Shown: positions 8,339 through 16,694 of the stretch, piece after piece | Numbering within the stretch: position 1 is the stretch's first letter | Layout of the letters: the number at the start of each line of letters is the position of its first letter | Made by a program: the position numbers and the translations under genes | Notes under the pieces: generated by a model | What the model was told of the DNA's origin: nothing | Seen by the model: only the letters and a program-made list of their open reading frames with translations | The model's database searches: none | Assembly: GCA_964558415.1 (NCBI GenBank) | Contig: CAZLDI010000007.1 | Coordinates: forward strand, 75,898 to 139,897 | Source: an uncultured Dehalococcoidia bacterium | GTDB lineage: Bacteria > Chloroflexota > Dehalococcoidia > SM23-28-2 > RBG-16-64-32 | DNA: 64,000 nt | Direction of reading: 5' to 3'

Positions 8339-9184
8339 ATGGCTGAATACGCACGGCCGGACTCGCTGGTGTCCACGCAATGGGCGGCGGACAATCTGAA
8401 CAACCCGAAGGTGCGGCTGATCGAGGTGGACGTCGATTCCGCGGCGTACGACACGGGGCACGCGCCGGGGGCCGTGGGCTGGAACTGGAAGTCCGACCTG
8501 GAGACGCAGTTGCAGCGGAACATCGCGGACAAGGAAGGGATGGAGAAGCTGCTTTCCGACGCCGGTGTGGACGGCGACACGACTGTGGTGCTGTACGGCG
8601 ACAACAACAACTGGTTCGCGGCGTACGCGCTGTGGGTGATGGAGTACTACGGGCTGGAGAACGTGAAGCTGATGAACGGGGGACGCAAGAAGTGGGTGGA
8701 AGAGGGGCGGCCGATGTCGACCGAGGCTGCGAAGCACGCGAAGGGCGGCATCAAGCTGGGCAGCCCGAACGCGAAGATCAGGGCGATGCGTGACGAGGTG
8801 CTGAGCCACGTCGGAAAGGCCGGCGGCGCTATGGTGGACGTACGCTCGCCGAAGGAGTACTCGGGAGAGATGCTGGCGCCGGAGAACCTGCCGCAAGAGG
8901 GCTCCCAGCGGGGCGGCCACATCCCGGGGGCGAAGAGCATCCCGTGGGGGCTGGCCTGCAACGAAGACGGGACGTTCAAGAGCGCGGACGAGCTGGTGGA
9001 GCTGTACGGCGGGCAGGGCGTCACGAAGGACAAGGACGTGATCGCCTACTGCCGCATCGGCGAGCGGTCTGCGCACACGTGGTTCGTGCTGACGCACCTG
9101 CTGGGTTATCCGAACGTGCGCAATTACGACGGCTCGTGGACAGAGTGGGGGTCGCTGGTGGGGGCGCCGATCGAGAAGCAGTGA
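8339..9184 (+). CDS. thiosulfate/3-mercaptopyruvate sulfurtransferase (two-domain rhodanese)
   Basis: Tandem rhodanese domains with the active-site Cys in CRIGERSAHTWF. RBS AAGGAGA upstream. Confidence 0.85.
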   Translation: MAEYARPDSLVSTQWAADNLNNPKVRLIEVDVDSAAYDTGHAPGAVGWNWKSDLETQLQRNIADKEGMEKLLSDAGVDGDTTVVLYGDNNNWFAAYALWVMEYYGLENVKLMNGGRKKWVEEGRPMSTEAAKHAKGGIKLGSPNAKIRAMRDEVLSHVGKAGGAMVDVRSPKEYSGEMLAPENLPQEGSQRGGHIPGAKSIPWGLACNEDGTFKSADELVELYGGQGVTKDKDVIAYCRIGERSAHTWFVLTHLLGYPNVRNYDGSWTEWGSLVGAPIEKQ

Positions 9185-9220
9185 TCCGGCGGGTACTGCG
9201 AGCCAACCGATAGATCGGCG

Positions 9221-9253
9221 CTCGCTCATGGTACGAGGGCCACCATGAGCGGG
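9221..9253. terminator. hairpin downstream of the rhodanese gene
   Basis: GCTCATGGT-acgagggcc-ACCATGAGC. Confidence 0.4.
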
Positions 9254-9330
9254 ACGAGGGATCGCCGTTGCCGCAGCGCCGTTAGCCTTCGACAGGCAAC
9301 GGATGGGCGCGTTATTATGCCGTTCAAGGC

Positions 9331-10224
9331 ATGGAGACACCGGGGTATCGGCTCGAACACCACACGCTGAAGATCGGCGGGCGGGAGGCGTTCTACCGCG
9401 AGGCGACGCCGGAGGGGGAGTCGCAGGGGTCGCTGGTGTTGCTGCACGGGTGGATCGGGACGTCTTCGTGGATGTTCCGGCACGTGCTGCCGGAGTTGGG
9501 GCGGCGCTGGCATACGATCGCCCCGGACCTGCCGGGATTCGGTCGGTCGCAGGCGCTGGAGGAAGCGCCTTCCATCGCGGGGTATCAGGAGTTCGTTCGT
9601 ACGCTCGTCGATGATCTGCATATCGACCGCTTTCGCCTGGTAGGCGTGTCGGTCGGCGGGACGGTGGCGCTGAGCTTCGCGCACCGTTATCCGGAGCGTG
9701 TCCAGAGGCTGGCGGTGCAGGGGCCGGTCTACCGTTGGAGCGACCTGCCGAAGCGATTCCGCGTCCTGTACGACCTGGTAGGCCGCGCGGGCCTGCTGAC
9801 GGACCTGATCCCGAAGTCGCCGATCAAGTGGTGGTTCTTCGTGCGGCGGCTGGAGATGGGGCGCGACACGCGGCGCCTGTCCGAGAAGGACCGCAAGCAG
9901 CTGGGCCGGGACATTCTGCGCGTGCCGAACGAGACGCTGGTGGACGTGGGACGAGAGCTATTGGCGATCGACTTGAGCGATGTGGCGCGGCGCATCTGCG
10001 TGCCGACGCTGGTGCTGGACGGGGAGGAAGCGCGGATGATCCCGGCAGCGGCCTCGCGCCATCTGAGCAGGCTGATCCCGGGCGCGCAGTTCCGGATCAT
10101 TCCGGACGCGGGACACAACGTCGCGATCGAGCGGCCGCACGAGTTCCTGGACGCCCTGCTGCCGTTTCTGGAGGAGCCACTCCCCACCACTCCACGCCGG
10201 AGGAAGACAACGAAGAAGCAGTAG
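9331..10224 (+). CDS. alpha/beta hydrolase fold protein
   Basis: Nucleophile elbow (VGVSVGG) and an HGW oxyanion region, with catalytic His near the C-terminus. Confidence 0.8.
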   Translation: METPGYRLEHHTLKIGGREAFYREATPEGESQGSLVLLHGWIGTSSWMFRHVLPELGRRWHTIAPDLPGFGRSQALEEAPSIAGYQEFVRTLVDDLHIDRFRLVGVSVGGTVALSFAHRYPERVQRLAVQGPVYRWSDLPKRFRVLYDLVGRAGLLTDLIPKSPIKWWFFVRRLEMGRDTRRLSEKDRKQLGRDILRVPNETLVDVGRELLAIDLSDVARRICVPTLVLDGEEARMIPAAASRHLSRLIPGAQFRIIPDAGHNVAIERPHEFLDALLPFLEEPLPTTPRRRKTTKKQ

Positions 10225-10242
10225 TGACCGGGCCGGAGCCGT

Positions 10243-10644
10243 CTATGAGAGCTGCGCGGTGCAGAAGGCGCAGCGCTTCGCTTCGATAGCGATCTCGCTG
10301 ACGCACTCCGGGCAGCGCTTGGTCGTGGGATCCGCGGGTGGCTCCTTCTTCATCCTCGCCAGGAGGAGGTTCATTGGCTGGACGACGACGAAGAAGATGA
10401 CGGCCGCGATGGTGACGAAGGTGATGATCTTGTTGATGAAGTCGCCGTAGCGGAAGGTGCTGTCGTTGATCGTGAAGTCGAGGGCGGAGAAGTCCGGCTG
10501 TCCGCCAATGGCAGCGATTAGCGGGGTCACCAGGTCCTCGACGAACGCGGTCACGACGGCACCGAACGCCGCGCCGATGACGACGGCGACGGCGAGGTCC
10601 ACGACGTTGCCGCGGAGCAGGAACTGTTTGAAGTCGTTAAGCAT
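10243..10644 (-). CDS. mscL: large-conductance mechanosensitive channel MscL with a C-terminal CxxC...CxxC zinc-ribbon-like tail
   Basis: MLNDFKQFLLRGNVVDLAVAVVIGAAFGAVV is the canonical MscL TM1. The C-terminal 25 aa read KRCPECVSEIAIEAKRCAFCTAQLS. Confidence 0.9.
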   Translation of the reverse strand: MLNDFKQFLLRGNVVDLAVAVVIGAAFGAVVTAFVEDLVTPLIAAIGGQPDFSALDFTINDSTFRYGDFINKIITFVTIAAVIFFVVVQPMNLLLARMKKEPPADPTTKRCPECVSEIAIEAKRCAFCTAQLS

Positions 10645-10775
10645 GCCAACCTCCCAATGGTTCCTATAAGAATCGTTGATTGATGAATATAGGCGACGAC
10701 GCTGAGCCGGTCAAGAGGTTTCAGCAGGCCAACACTCGGGTAGGCACCCAGTTTACGAATCATGACGATGCGCCA

Positions 10776-10803
10776 TTGTCTTGAGCGCGGCCATCGCTAT
10801 AAT
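10776..10803 (+). promoter_or_regulatory. sigma-70-like promoter (TTGTCT-16-TATAAT) giving a leaderless transcript for the CoA-transferase gene
   Basis: A perfect -10 TATAAT ends 8 nt before the ATG at 10812, and no SD is present. Confidence 0.45.
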
Positions 10804-10811
10804 TGGGTGCC

Positions 10812-12059
10812 ATGACAGCGGCGGCTCTGGACGATGTCCGCGTGGTGGACCTGACCACGGAGATGGGCCAGTACTGCACGAAGCTTCTGGCCGACCTGGG
10901 CGCGGACGTCATCAAAATCGAGCCGCCGGGCGGCGATCCGGTGCGGGGGCTGCCGCCGTTCTTCCACGACGAAGAGGGCCCCGCCAGTAGCCTCTACTGG
11001 CTGAACCTGAACACGAACAAGCGCAGCATGACGCTGGATATCGAGACGGAGGACGGGCGGGCCACTCTCGCGAGATTGGTGCGGACCGCAGACGTGGTTG
11101 TCGAGAGCTTCCAGCCGGGTTACCTCGACGGACTGGGCCTGGGGTACGAAGGGCTTTCCCGCATCAAGCCGGACATCATCGTGACATCGATCACGGGGTT
11201 CGGACAGACCGGGCCCCACGCGCAATACAAAGCGCCAGACATCGTGGGCGTGGCGATGGCCGGCATCATGTGGCTGGCGGGCGACCCGCAGGACCCGCCG
11301 AACGTGCCGCCGTGGCGCCAGGGGTACATCTCGGCGTGCATACACGCTGCCGGAGGCACCCTGACGGCGCTCTACCACCGCGATGTGACGGGCGAGGGCC
11401 AGCACGTTGATGTGTCGATGCAAGAGTCGCTTTCGATCGCGCAGGAGACGGCGATGCAGACGTGGGACATGAACGAGGCGCTGCGGGCGCGGAATGCCCA
11501 CCGCGGGGTTATTCCGGTCGACGTCCCGGGCACCGGTCCGTATGAGTGCCGTGACGGCGGCTGGGTGTTCGGTTACGTGGGGACCCCGGGCGGTGCCCAA
11601 TGGCCGGACCTGCTGGCGTGGATGGCGGAGGAAGGGATGGCCGAGGACCTGCCGGAAGAGCCAACCAAGGAGTTTGTCGACAACCTGAACCTGCGATTTC
11701 TGACCTCGATACTGGCCGATCCGGCGACTGTGGGTCAGAAGTTCGCCACGATGGGGAAGATCCAGCAGGTGCTGGTGCGGTTCATCAAGACGAAGACGAA
11801 GTGGGAGATGTACGAGCAGGCGCAGAGGCGGCGCCTGCTGTTCGGCATTGTGTCTACGCCGGAGGACATCGCGAAGAACCCGCAGCTCCAGTACCGGCAG
11901 TGGTTGACGGCCGTCGAGCATCCGGAGCTGGGCGCGACGCTGGAGTACCCGGGGCCGCCGTACCGGCTTTCGGAGACACCGTGGGCGATTCGTCGGAGGC
12001 CGCCGGCTGTGGGCGAGCACAACGATGAGGTGCTGAGGGAAGTAGCAAGTGGAAGGTAA
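10812..12059 (+). CDS. family III CoA-transferase (CaiB/BaiF/Frc family)
   Basis: VRVVDLTTEMGQYCTKLLADLGADVIKIE near the N-terminus, ~415 aa. The ORF caller's TTG at 10803 is an alternative start. Confidence 0.85.
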   Translation: MTAAALDDVRVVDLTTEMGQYCTKLLADLGADVIKIEPPGGDPVRGLPPFFHDEEGPASSLYWLNLNTNKRSMTLDIETEDGRATLARLVRTADVVVESFQPGYLDGLGLGYEGLSRIKPDIIVTSITGFGQTGPHAQYKAPDIVGVAMAGIMWLAGDPQDPPNVPPWRQGYISACIHAAGGTLTALYHRDVTGEGQHVDVSMQESLSIAQETAMQTWDMNEALRARNAHRGVIPVDVPGTGPYECRDGGWVFGYVGTPGGAQWPDLLAWMAEEGMAEDLPEEPTKEFVDNLNLRFLTSILADPATVGQKFATMGKIQQVLVRFIKTKTKWEMYEQAQRRRLLFGIVSTPEDIAKNPQLQYRQWLTAVEHPELGATLEYPGPPYRLSETPWAIRRRPPAVGEHNDEVLREVASGR

Positions 12060-12068
12060 GAGGCAAGT

Positions 12069-13316
12069 GTGAGCCAGAGACTGCCCCTGGAAGGCGTCAA
12101 GGTAGCGGACTTCTCCTGGTTCGGCGCGGGGCCGATCTGCGGGCGGCTGCTCGCTGACTACGGGGCCACGGTGGTGCGGATCGAGTCGGAGACGCACCTG
12201 GACTCGCTGCGGATCGTGGCGCCGTTCGCGAAGGGGAAGACGGGGTACAACGTCAGCGGGTACTTCAACAACTACAACGCTGGGAAGCTGGGCATCCTGC
12301 TCAACCTGAACACGGATGAGGGGATACACATCGCGCACAAGTTGATTGAATGGGCGGACGTATTCCTGACCAACATCACACCGCGCACGATTGAGCGCTG
12401 GGGGTTTACGTACGACAAGCTGATAGAGCTCAACCGAGAGATCATCGGCGTTTACGTGCCGATGCAGGGCTTCGATGGCCCACACAGGGACTTCCTGGGG
12501 TTTGGCGCGGTGCTGACGCCGATAACGGGGTATAACCATCTGTCGGGGTTCGCGAACCGTCCGCCGTTCGGACTGGGGACGAACTATCCGGACTACGTGA
12601 TCAACCCGGGGCACACGTTCGTCGCCATCATGGCCGCGCTGCGCTACAGACGGCGGACGGGGAAGGGGCAACGGATCGAGGTGGCGCAGATCGAGTCTTC
12701 GGTGGCACCCCTGGGGCCGGCGGTCTTCGACTACACGGCGAACGGGCGGGTGCAGACGCGCAGCGGGAACGGAATAGCGAACGCCGCGCCGCACAACGCG
12801 TTCAAGTGCAGGCCGCTGACGGACGGCGGCAGGCCGATGGATGAGCGCTGGATCGTCATCGCCTGCTTCAGCGACGACGAATGGAGCGCGTTCGTGCAAG
12901 CCATGGGGAGCCCGGAATGGGCGCGCGACACGAAATTCTCGACCCTTGCCGCAAGGAAGTCGAACGAGGCGGAGATGGACGCGCATATCAACGCCTGGAC
13001 GGCGGACAAGGACGCGTACAAACTGATGGCTGAGCTGCAGGGCCGTGGCGTGCCGGCCGGGGTGGTGCAGAGCGCGCGCGAGATCCTGGACGTGGATGAG
13101 CACATGAAGGCGCGGGGGTATTACGTGTACCTGAAGCATCCGGAGGCGGGCCGTCACGCGCACGACGGGCCGCCGTTTGTGCTCTCGAAGACGCCAGGGC
13201 GGCTGCGGTCGCCGGCACCGTGCCTGGGGGAGCATACGGAGTACGTGTGCAAGGAGATCCTGGGGTTGGACGACGAGGGGATCGCGGAGCTGATGGTGGC
13301 GGGGGCGCTGGCGTAG
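12069..13316 (+). CDS. family III CoA-transferase (second, tandem paralog)
   Basis: VKVADFSWFGAGPICGRLLADYGATVVRIE. GTG start 9 bp after the upstream gene. Confidence 0.85.
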   Translation: MSQRLPLEGVKVADFSWFGAGPICGRLLADYGATVVRIESETHLDSLRIVAPFAKGKTGYNVSGYFNNYNAGKLGILLNLNTDEGIHIAHKLIEWADVFLTNITPRTIERWGFTYDKLIELNREIIGVYVPMQGFDGPHRDFLGFGAVLTPITGYNHLSGFANRPPFGLGTNYPDYVINPGHTFVAIMAALRYRRRTGKGQRIEVAQIESSVAPLGPAVFDYTANGRVQTRSGNGIANAAPHNAFKCRPLTDGGRPMDERWIVIACFSDDEWSAFVQAMGSPEWARDTKFSTLAARKSNEAEMDAHINAWTADKDAYKLMAELQGRGVPAGVVQSAREILDVDEHMKARGYYVYLKHPEAGRHAHDGPPFVLSKTPGRLRSPAPCLGEHTEYVCKEILGLDDEGIAELMVAGALA

Positions 13317-13330
13317 GGGAGATTTCTGCG

Positions 13331-13422
13331 CACGGATAATGTTCACACCCCTCTCCCCCGCCGGATTCCTTCGCGAAGGGACATGAGCCCACGTTCGAGC
13401 CAGGTGGCCGCTCAGAATGACA
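13331..13422 (+). repeat. REP-like dispersed repeat copy
   Basis: GTTCACACCCCTCTCCCCCGCCGGATTCCTTCGCGAAG...GCTCAGAATGACA. Confidence 0.75.
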
Positions 13423-13430
13423 CGATCGGG

Positions 13431-13480
13431 ACGATGAGGGGATCGCGGAGCTGATGGTGGCGGGGGCGCTGGCGTAGGGG
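13431..13480 (+). repeat. direct repeat of the CoA-transferase 3' tail (copy 2 of 3)
   Basis: GACGATGAGGGGATCGCGGAGCTGATGGTGGCGGGGGCGCTGGCGTAGGGG matches 13272-13319 (the native tail, DDEGIAELMVAGALA*) with 1 mismatch. Confidence 0.85.
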
Positions 13481-13515
13481 CACGTGGATGCGGGGGATGC
13501 TGCCAGCGAACGCCG

Positions 13516-13595
13516 TTCACACCCCACACGCCGCCAGATTCCTTCGCGAAGAAGCACCGTGCCACGCCCCGAATGTGGCAGTCGCTCAGAATGAC
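13516..13595 (+). repeat. REP-like dispersed repeat copy
   Basis: TTCACACCCCACACGCCGCCAGATTCCTTCGCGAAG...GTCGCTCAGAATGAC. Confidence 0.75.
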
Positions 13596-13597
13596 TT

Positions 13598-13640
13598 GGG
13601 GATCGCGGAAGTGACGGCGGTGGCGGCGCTGGCGTAGGGA
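13598..13640 (+). repeat. diverged third copy of the CoA-transferase 3' tail
   Basis: GGGATCGCGGAAGTGACGGCGGTGGCGGCGCTGGCGTAGGGA encodes GIAEVTAVAALA*, against GIAELMVAGALA* in the native tail. Confidence 0.6.
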
Positions 13641-13735
13641 AGAGGGAGAGCGACTTGCTGCCCCCGACGGTGCGGGACTAGAATCCCTAGCGGGAACGGG
13701 CCGCGGGGTGCAGACCGGAGAGCGAGGGCAAGAAT

Positions 13736-15175
13736 ATGAGTCCGAAGCGATTGATCTTGCTGGCGGGTGCGGGCGTTTCAGCGATCCTGATGGGCGCTAT
13801 CCTGGCGATAATCCTCACCAGCGGTGGCACGAGCGAATCTGAGAAGCGCTATGAAGACGGCGTCGCCGCGCTGCAAGCCGGGCGGTACGATGACGCGATC
13901 GATTTATTCGGCGAAGCGATTGACCTCGACACAGAGTTCGCACCGGCGTATGTGGCCCGTGCTCAGGCCTACTGGGGCACGGGCAAGTTCGAAGACGGGT
14001 TGGATGACGCAAACGAGGCCATCGACCTGGACCCGGAGGACGTGAACGTTCTGGCCGACGCCTACGTGACGCGTGCTCAACTACAGTTGCCGCTTGAACG
14101 GACGGACGAGGCGATCGAGGATGCCGACGAGGCGATCGAGCTGAACCCGCCCGACTTGAACATTCTGGCACGCGCGCATGCCTGGCGCTCGTTCGGCCTG
14201 TTAGATCAGGAGGAGCTGGAGGATGCGCTGGACGCGGCGAATGAGGCGATTGATCTGGAAGCGAGCGATGCCAACGTTCAAGCTATCGCATACATAGCCC
14301 GAGCAACGGTGTACGTAGCACAGGAAGAATCCGAAAAGGCTCTCGACGATGCCGACGCAGCTATCTCGCTGGAGCCACAGGACGTAAATATACGAGCCGT
14401 CGCTCATATCGCGAAATCGTTTGCGCTAGGGGATCGACACGAGGAGGCGCTGGTGGAGGACGAGGCGGCGATTCAGCTCGACCCTCGGAACCCAAGGGTC
14501 CTTCGCAGCGCATACGGGGCGAAGGCTTTAGACCTTGAAGGTCTGGGGCGACTTGAGGAGGCGAAAGCGGCGGCTGACAAGGCCTGTGAGCTGGGTCTGG
14601 AAGAGGCGTGCGGGTTCACGACGGCTCCTACACGCGAGGAAGCGCTCGATCTGCTCCCCCTGATGGTATTGCAGCTGGAAGACCTGCCATCTGGATTCAA
14701 GGTTTACGACTCGCGGTTTGACACGCTTGAGGACGAGGCGGGTGTCTCCGATGACTCAGAGGCATTCCGGCGGCGCCTCGAGTCCTGGGGATTCATCCTC
14801 GGACACGACAGGTGGTACGCGGCCGATACGCCTTCAGAGTTTCCGGAAATATACGTGGAGATATGGCTACTGGCAGACGTCTCGGAGGCAGAAGAAGCAT
14901 TCGTCGACGGCGGTCTCTACTTAGAGGCGCCCGGCGTCACACCAGCGGAGGATTTTCCCGTCTTTGGCGACGAGTCCGAGGCGTATCGGCTCGCAGGTCC
15001 ATACCCTACCCTGAGTGGCGAGGTGATTCAAGTGGAGGGCCACATGGTAATCATTCGCAGTGGGCCGTTTCTAGCGGTGCTTCAGACGGCTTTCCCGCCG
15101 GGGCAAACTACCGACGACGCGGCGATTGACCTGGCAGCCAAACTCGAAACCCGCATGGCCGAGGGTGTGCGATGA
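13736..15175 (+). CDS. membrane-anchored TPR-repeat protein
   Basis: N-terminal TM helix, then at least 8 TPR-like repeats (AYVARAQAY-type), then a C-terminal ~180-aa non-TPR domain. Confidence 0.8.
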   Translation: MSPKRLILLAGAGVSAILMGAILAIILTSGGTSESEKRYEDGVAALQAGRYDDAIDLFGEAIDLDTEFAPAYVARAQAYWGTGKFEDGLDDANEAIDLDPEDVNVLADAYVTRAQLQLPLERTDEAIEDADEAIELNPPDLNILARAHAWRSFGLLDQEELEDALDAANEAIDLEASDANVQAIAYIARATVYVAQEESEKALDDADAAISLEPQDVNIRAVAHIAKSFALGDRHEEALVEDEAAIQLDPRNPRVLRSAYGAKALDLEGLGRLEEAKAAADKACELGLEEACGFTTAPTREEALDLLPLMVLQLEDLPSGFKVYDSRFDTLEDEAGVSDDSEAFRRRLESWGFILGHDRWYAADTPSEFPEIYVEIWLLADVSEAEEAFVDGGLYLEAPGVTPAEDFPVFGDESEAYRLAGPYPTLSGEVIQVEGHMVIIRSGPFLAVLQTAFPPGQTTDDAAIDLAAKLETRMAEGVR

Positions 15176-15603
15176 GCGTGCTCGTAGCTCGCACCGTTCA
15201 CATCAACGCCACGCCCGAGCAGGTGTGGGGCGTGATGATCAACGTCGAGAAGTGGCCCGAGTGGACGGCTTCGATGAAGTCCGTCGAGAGGTTGGAGGAG
15301 GGGCCGTTAGGGCTGGAGAGCAGGGCGCGTCTGCGGATCCGGCGCGCGCCGAGGCCCGGCATCTGGAAGGTAACCGAGTTCACAGAAGGGCGGTCGTTCA
15401 CGTGGGAGAACGACTCCGGCGGCGTGCACGGGGTGGCGACGCATCTTATCGAACCGGAGAACGGCGGGTGCAACGTGACACTGACAGTGACGTTGTCGGG
15501 GTTGGTCGCGATGCTGTTCGGGTGGGTGATGGCCGGGGCATCGCGCGAGAACGTGCGGATGGAGGCGGAGGGGCTGAAGGCGCGGAGTGAGGAACGCGAG
15601 TAG
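15172..15603 (+). CDS. SRPBCC (polyketide cyclase/START-like) family protein
   Basis: ATGA overlap with the upstream gene. Motif ...INATPEQVWGVMINVEKWPEW. Confidence 0.7.
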   Translation: MSVLVARTVHINATPEQVWGVMINVEKWPEWTASMKSVERLEEGPLGLESRARLRIRRAPRPGIWKVTEFTEGRSFTWENDSGGVHGVATHLIEPENGGCNVTLTVTLSGLVAMLFGWVMAGASRENVRMEAEGLKARSEERE

Positions 15604-15818
15604 TCGGGGCTGCGCTCCGCTCGTCCGTTCAGCTGCGCCCAGGGGCAGTCCTACTCTACACCGCGCCGAAGTGCGCGACGAGCGCTGCGGGGGTGCGGAG
15701 CGGGTGGTGGGAGATGTGCTGGTTGTGGAGGCGGAGGTGGGGATGTTGGGGATGTCATGGGGTCAGTTTAGCGGTGCGCGGATCAATCTCAGTCTCCACG
15801 CTATTGGCGCAGGCCGCG

Positions 15819-16229
15819 TCAAGGCTCCATTCGTTTGACGTTCGTGATGCGATCGAAGTCCGCATCGTAGCTGAAGAGCTCCGTCAGGCCCAGCCGCTCC
15901 ATATGCGCGACGGTCAGGGCATCTTCGAAATCGATCCTCGGATGCGAGGCCCAGATGTCCAGCGCCCGCACGCAGGCTCCTTTATGGGCGAGCTTGAGGC
16001 CGCGGAGCGTCAGTAGCGGGCGCAACCGCGCGCCTATGTCCACCGGTGTCAGGCCGTAATGGGCACGGGAACGGAGCACGTAACAGACCTCGGCGATGAT
16101 CACCTCCGACGTCGTCACAACCTCGTGCCCCGCCTTCACTCGCTGAAATAGAGCGAAGCAGGCCTCCGCCTTCCTCTCATCGCCCGCAACCAGATAGCGG
16201 AGGAAGACGTTCGCGTCCAGGAACCTCAC
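15819..16229 (-). CDS. vapC: PIN-domain ribonuclease toxin VapC
   Basis: MRFLDANVFLRYL..., with acidic PIN residues (D5, E, D). Confidence 0.8.
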   Translation of the reverse strand: MRFLDANVFLRYLVAGDERKAEACFALFQRVKAGHEVVTTSEVIIAEVCYVLRSRAHYGLTPVDIGARLRPLLTLRGLKLAHKGACVRALDIWASHPRIDFEDALTVAHMERLGLTELFSYDADFDRITNVKRMEP

Positions 16230-16486
16230 GTCCCGTCGCCGGCCTCCGCTGTCGCTTTCTCATCGCGAGCGGCGCGGCTGACGGACCTGAAGTCCCTGGT
16301 GCGCGTTGCCGGCTTGACCGAGGCAAACGCGGACTCCAGGGTGAATCTGGCGGGAAGCAGCTGGACCTTGTCGTCTTCGATCGAGAATGCGACCTTGTCT
16401 CTTGGCTTAAGGCCGAGAAGGCGCCGCACCTCCGACGGGACGGTCACCTGGCCACGTTGCGTCATTGTCGTAACTATCTCCTTCAT
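16226..16486 (-). CDS. vapB: AbrB/MazE-type antitoxin VapB
   Basis: SpoVT/AbrB swapped-hairpin N-terminus (TQRGQVTVPSEVRRLLGLKPRDKVAF). 4-bp overlap with vapC. Confidence 0.8.
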   Translation of the reverse strand: MKEIVTTMTQRGQVTVPSEVRRLLGLKPRDKVAFSIEDDKVQLLPARFTLESAFASVKPATRTRDFRSVSRAARDEKATAEAGDGT

Positions 16487-16512
16487 TTACTCCACTCCAT
16501 ATCATTGCCTTT

Positions 16513-16535
16513 GTTATAACTCAATGAGATATAAC
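16513..16535. promoter_or_regulatory. inverted repeat GTTATA-N11-TATAAC in an AT-rich island upstream of vapB; candidate autoregulatory operator or promoter
   Basis: The only AT-rich stretch nearby, 27-49 bp upstream of the vapB start. Confidence 0.3.
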
Positions 16536-16694
16536 ATGACCATTACCGAATGTCAATAGCAAGCCTTTGCCCACCCAGGTCAGACGCGCCCTCGATGAGG
16601 GGACCCCGTTGACGGACGATTTGCTGATTTCATACCCATCGCCTAGTATTGGCGATGCGTTTCTGCGAAACAAACTCCCGGAAGGAGAGACCCG

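Noticed and set aside
10797-13565. 922-aa minus-strand ORF spanning both CoA-transferase genes
   Set aside because: R/P/H-rich low-complexity translation antisense to two clearly conserved genes. It is a typical spurious long ORF in a 68% GC genome. The same reasoning applies to 16719-18419 (-), 37740-39755 (+), 42023-43246 (-), 46280-47665 (-), 49708-51003 (-), 7862-9340 (-) and 1119-2167 (-).
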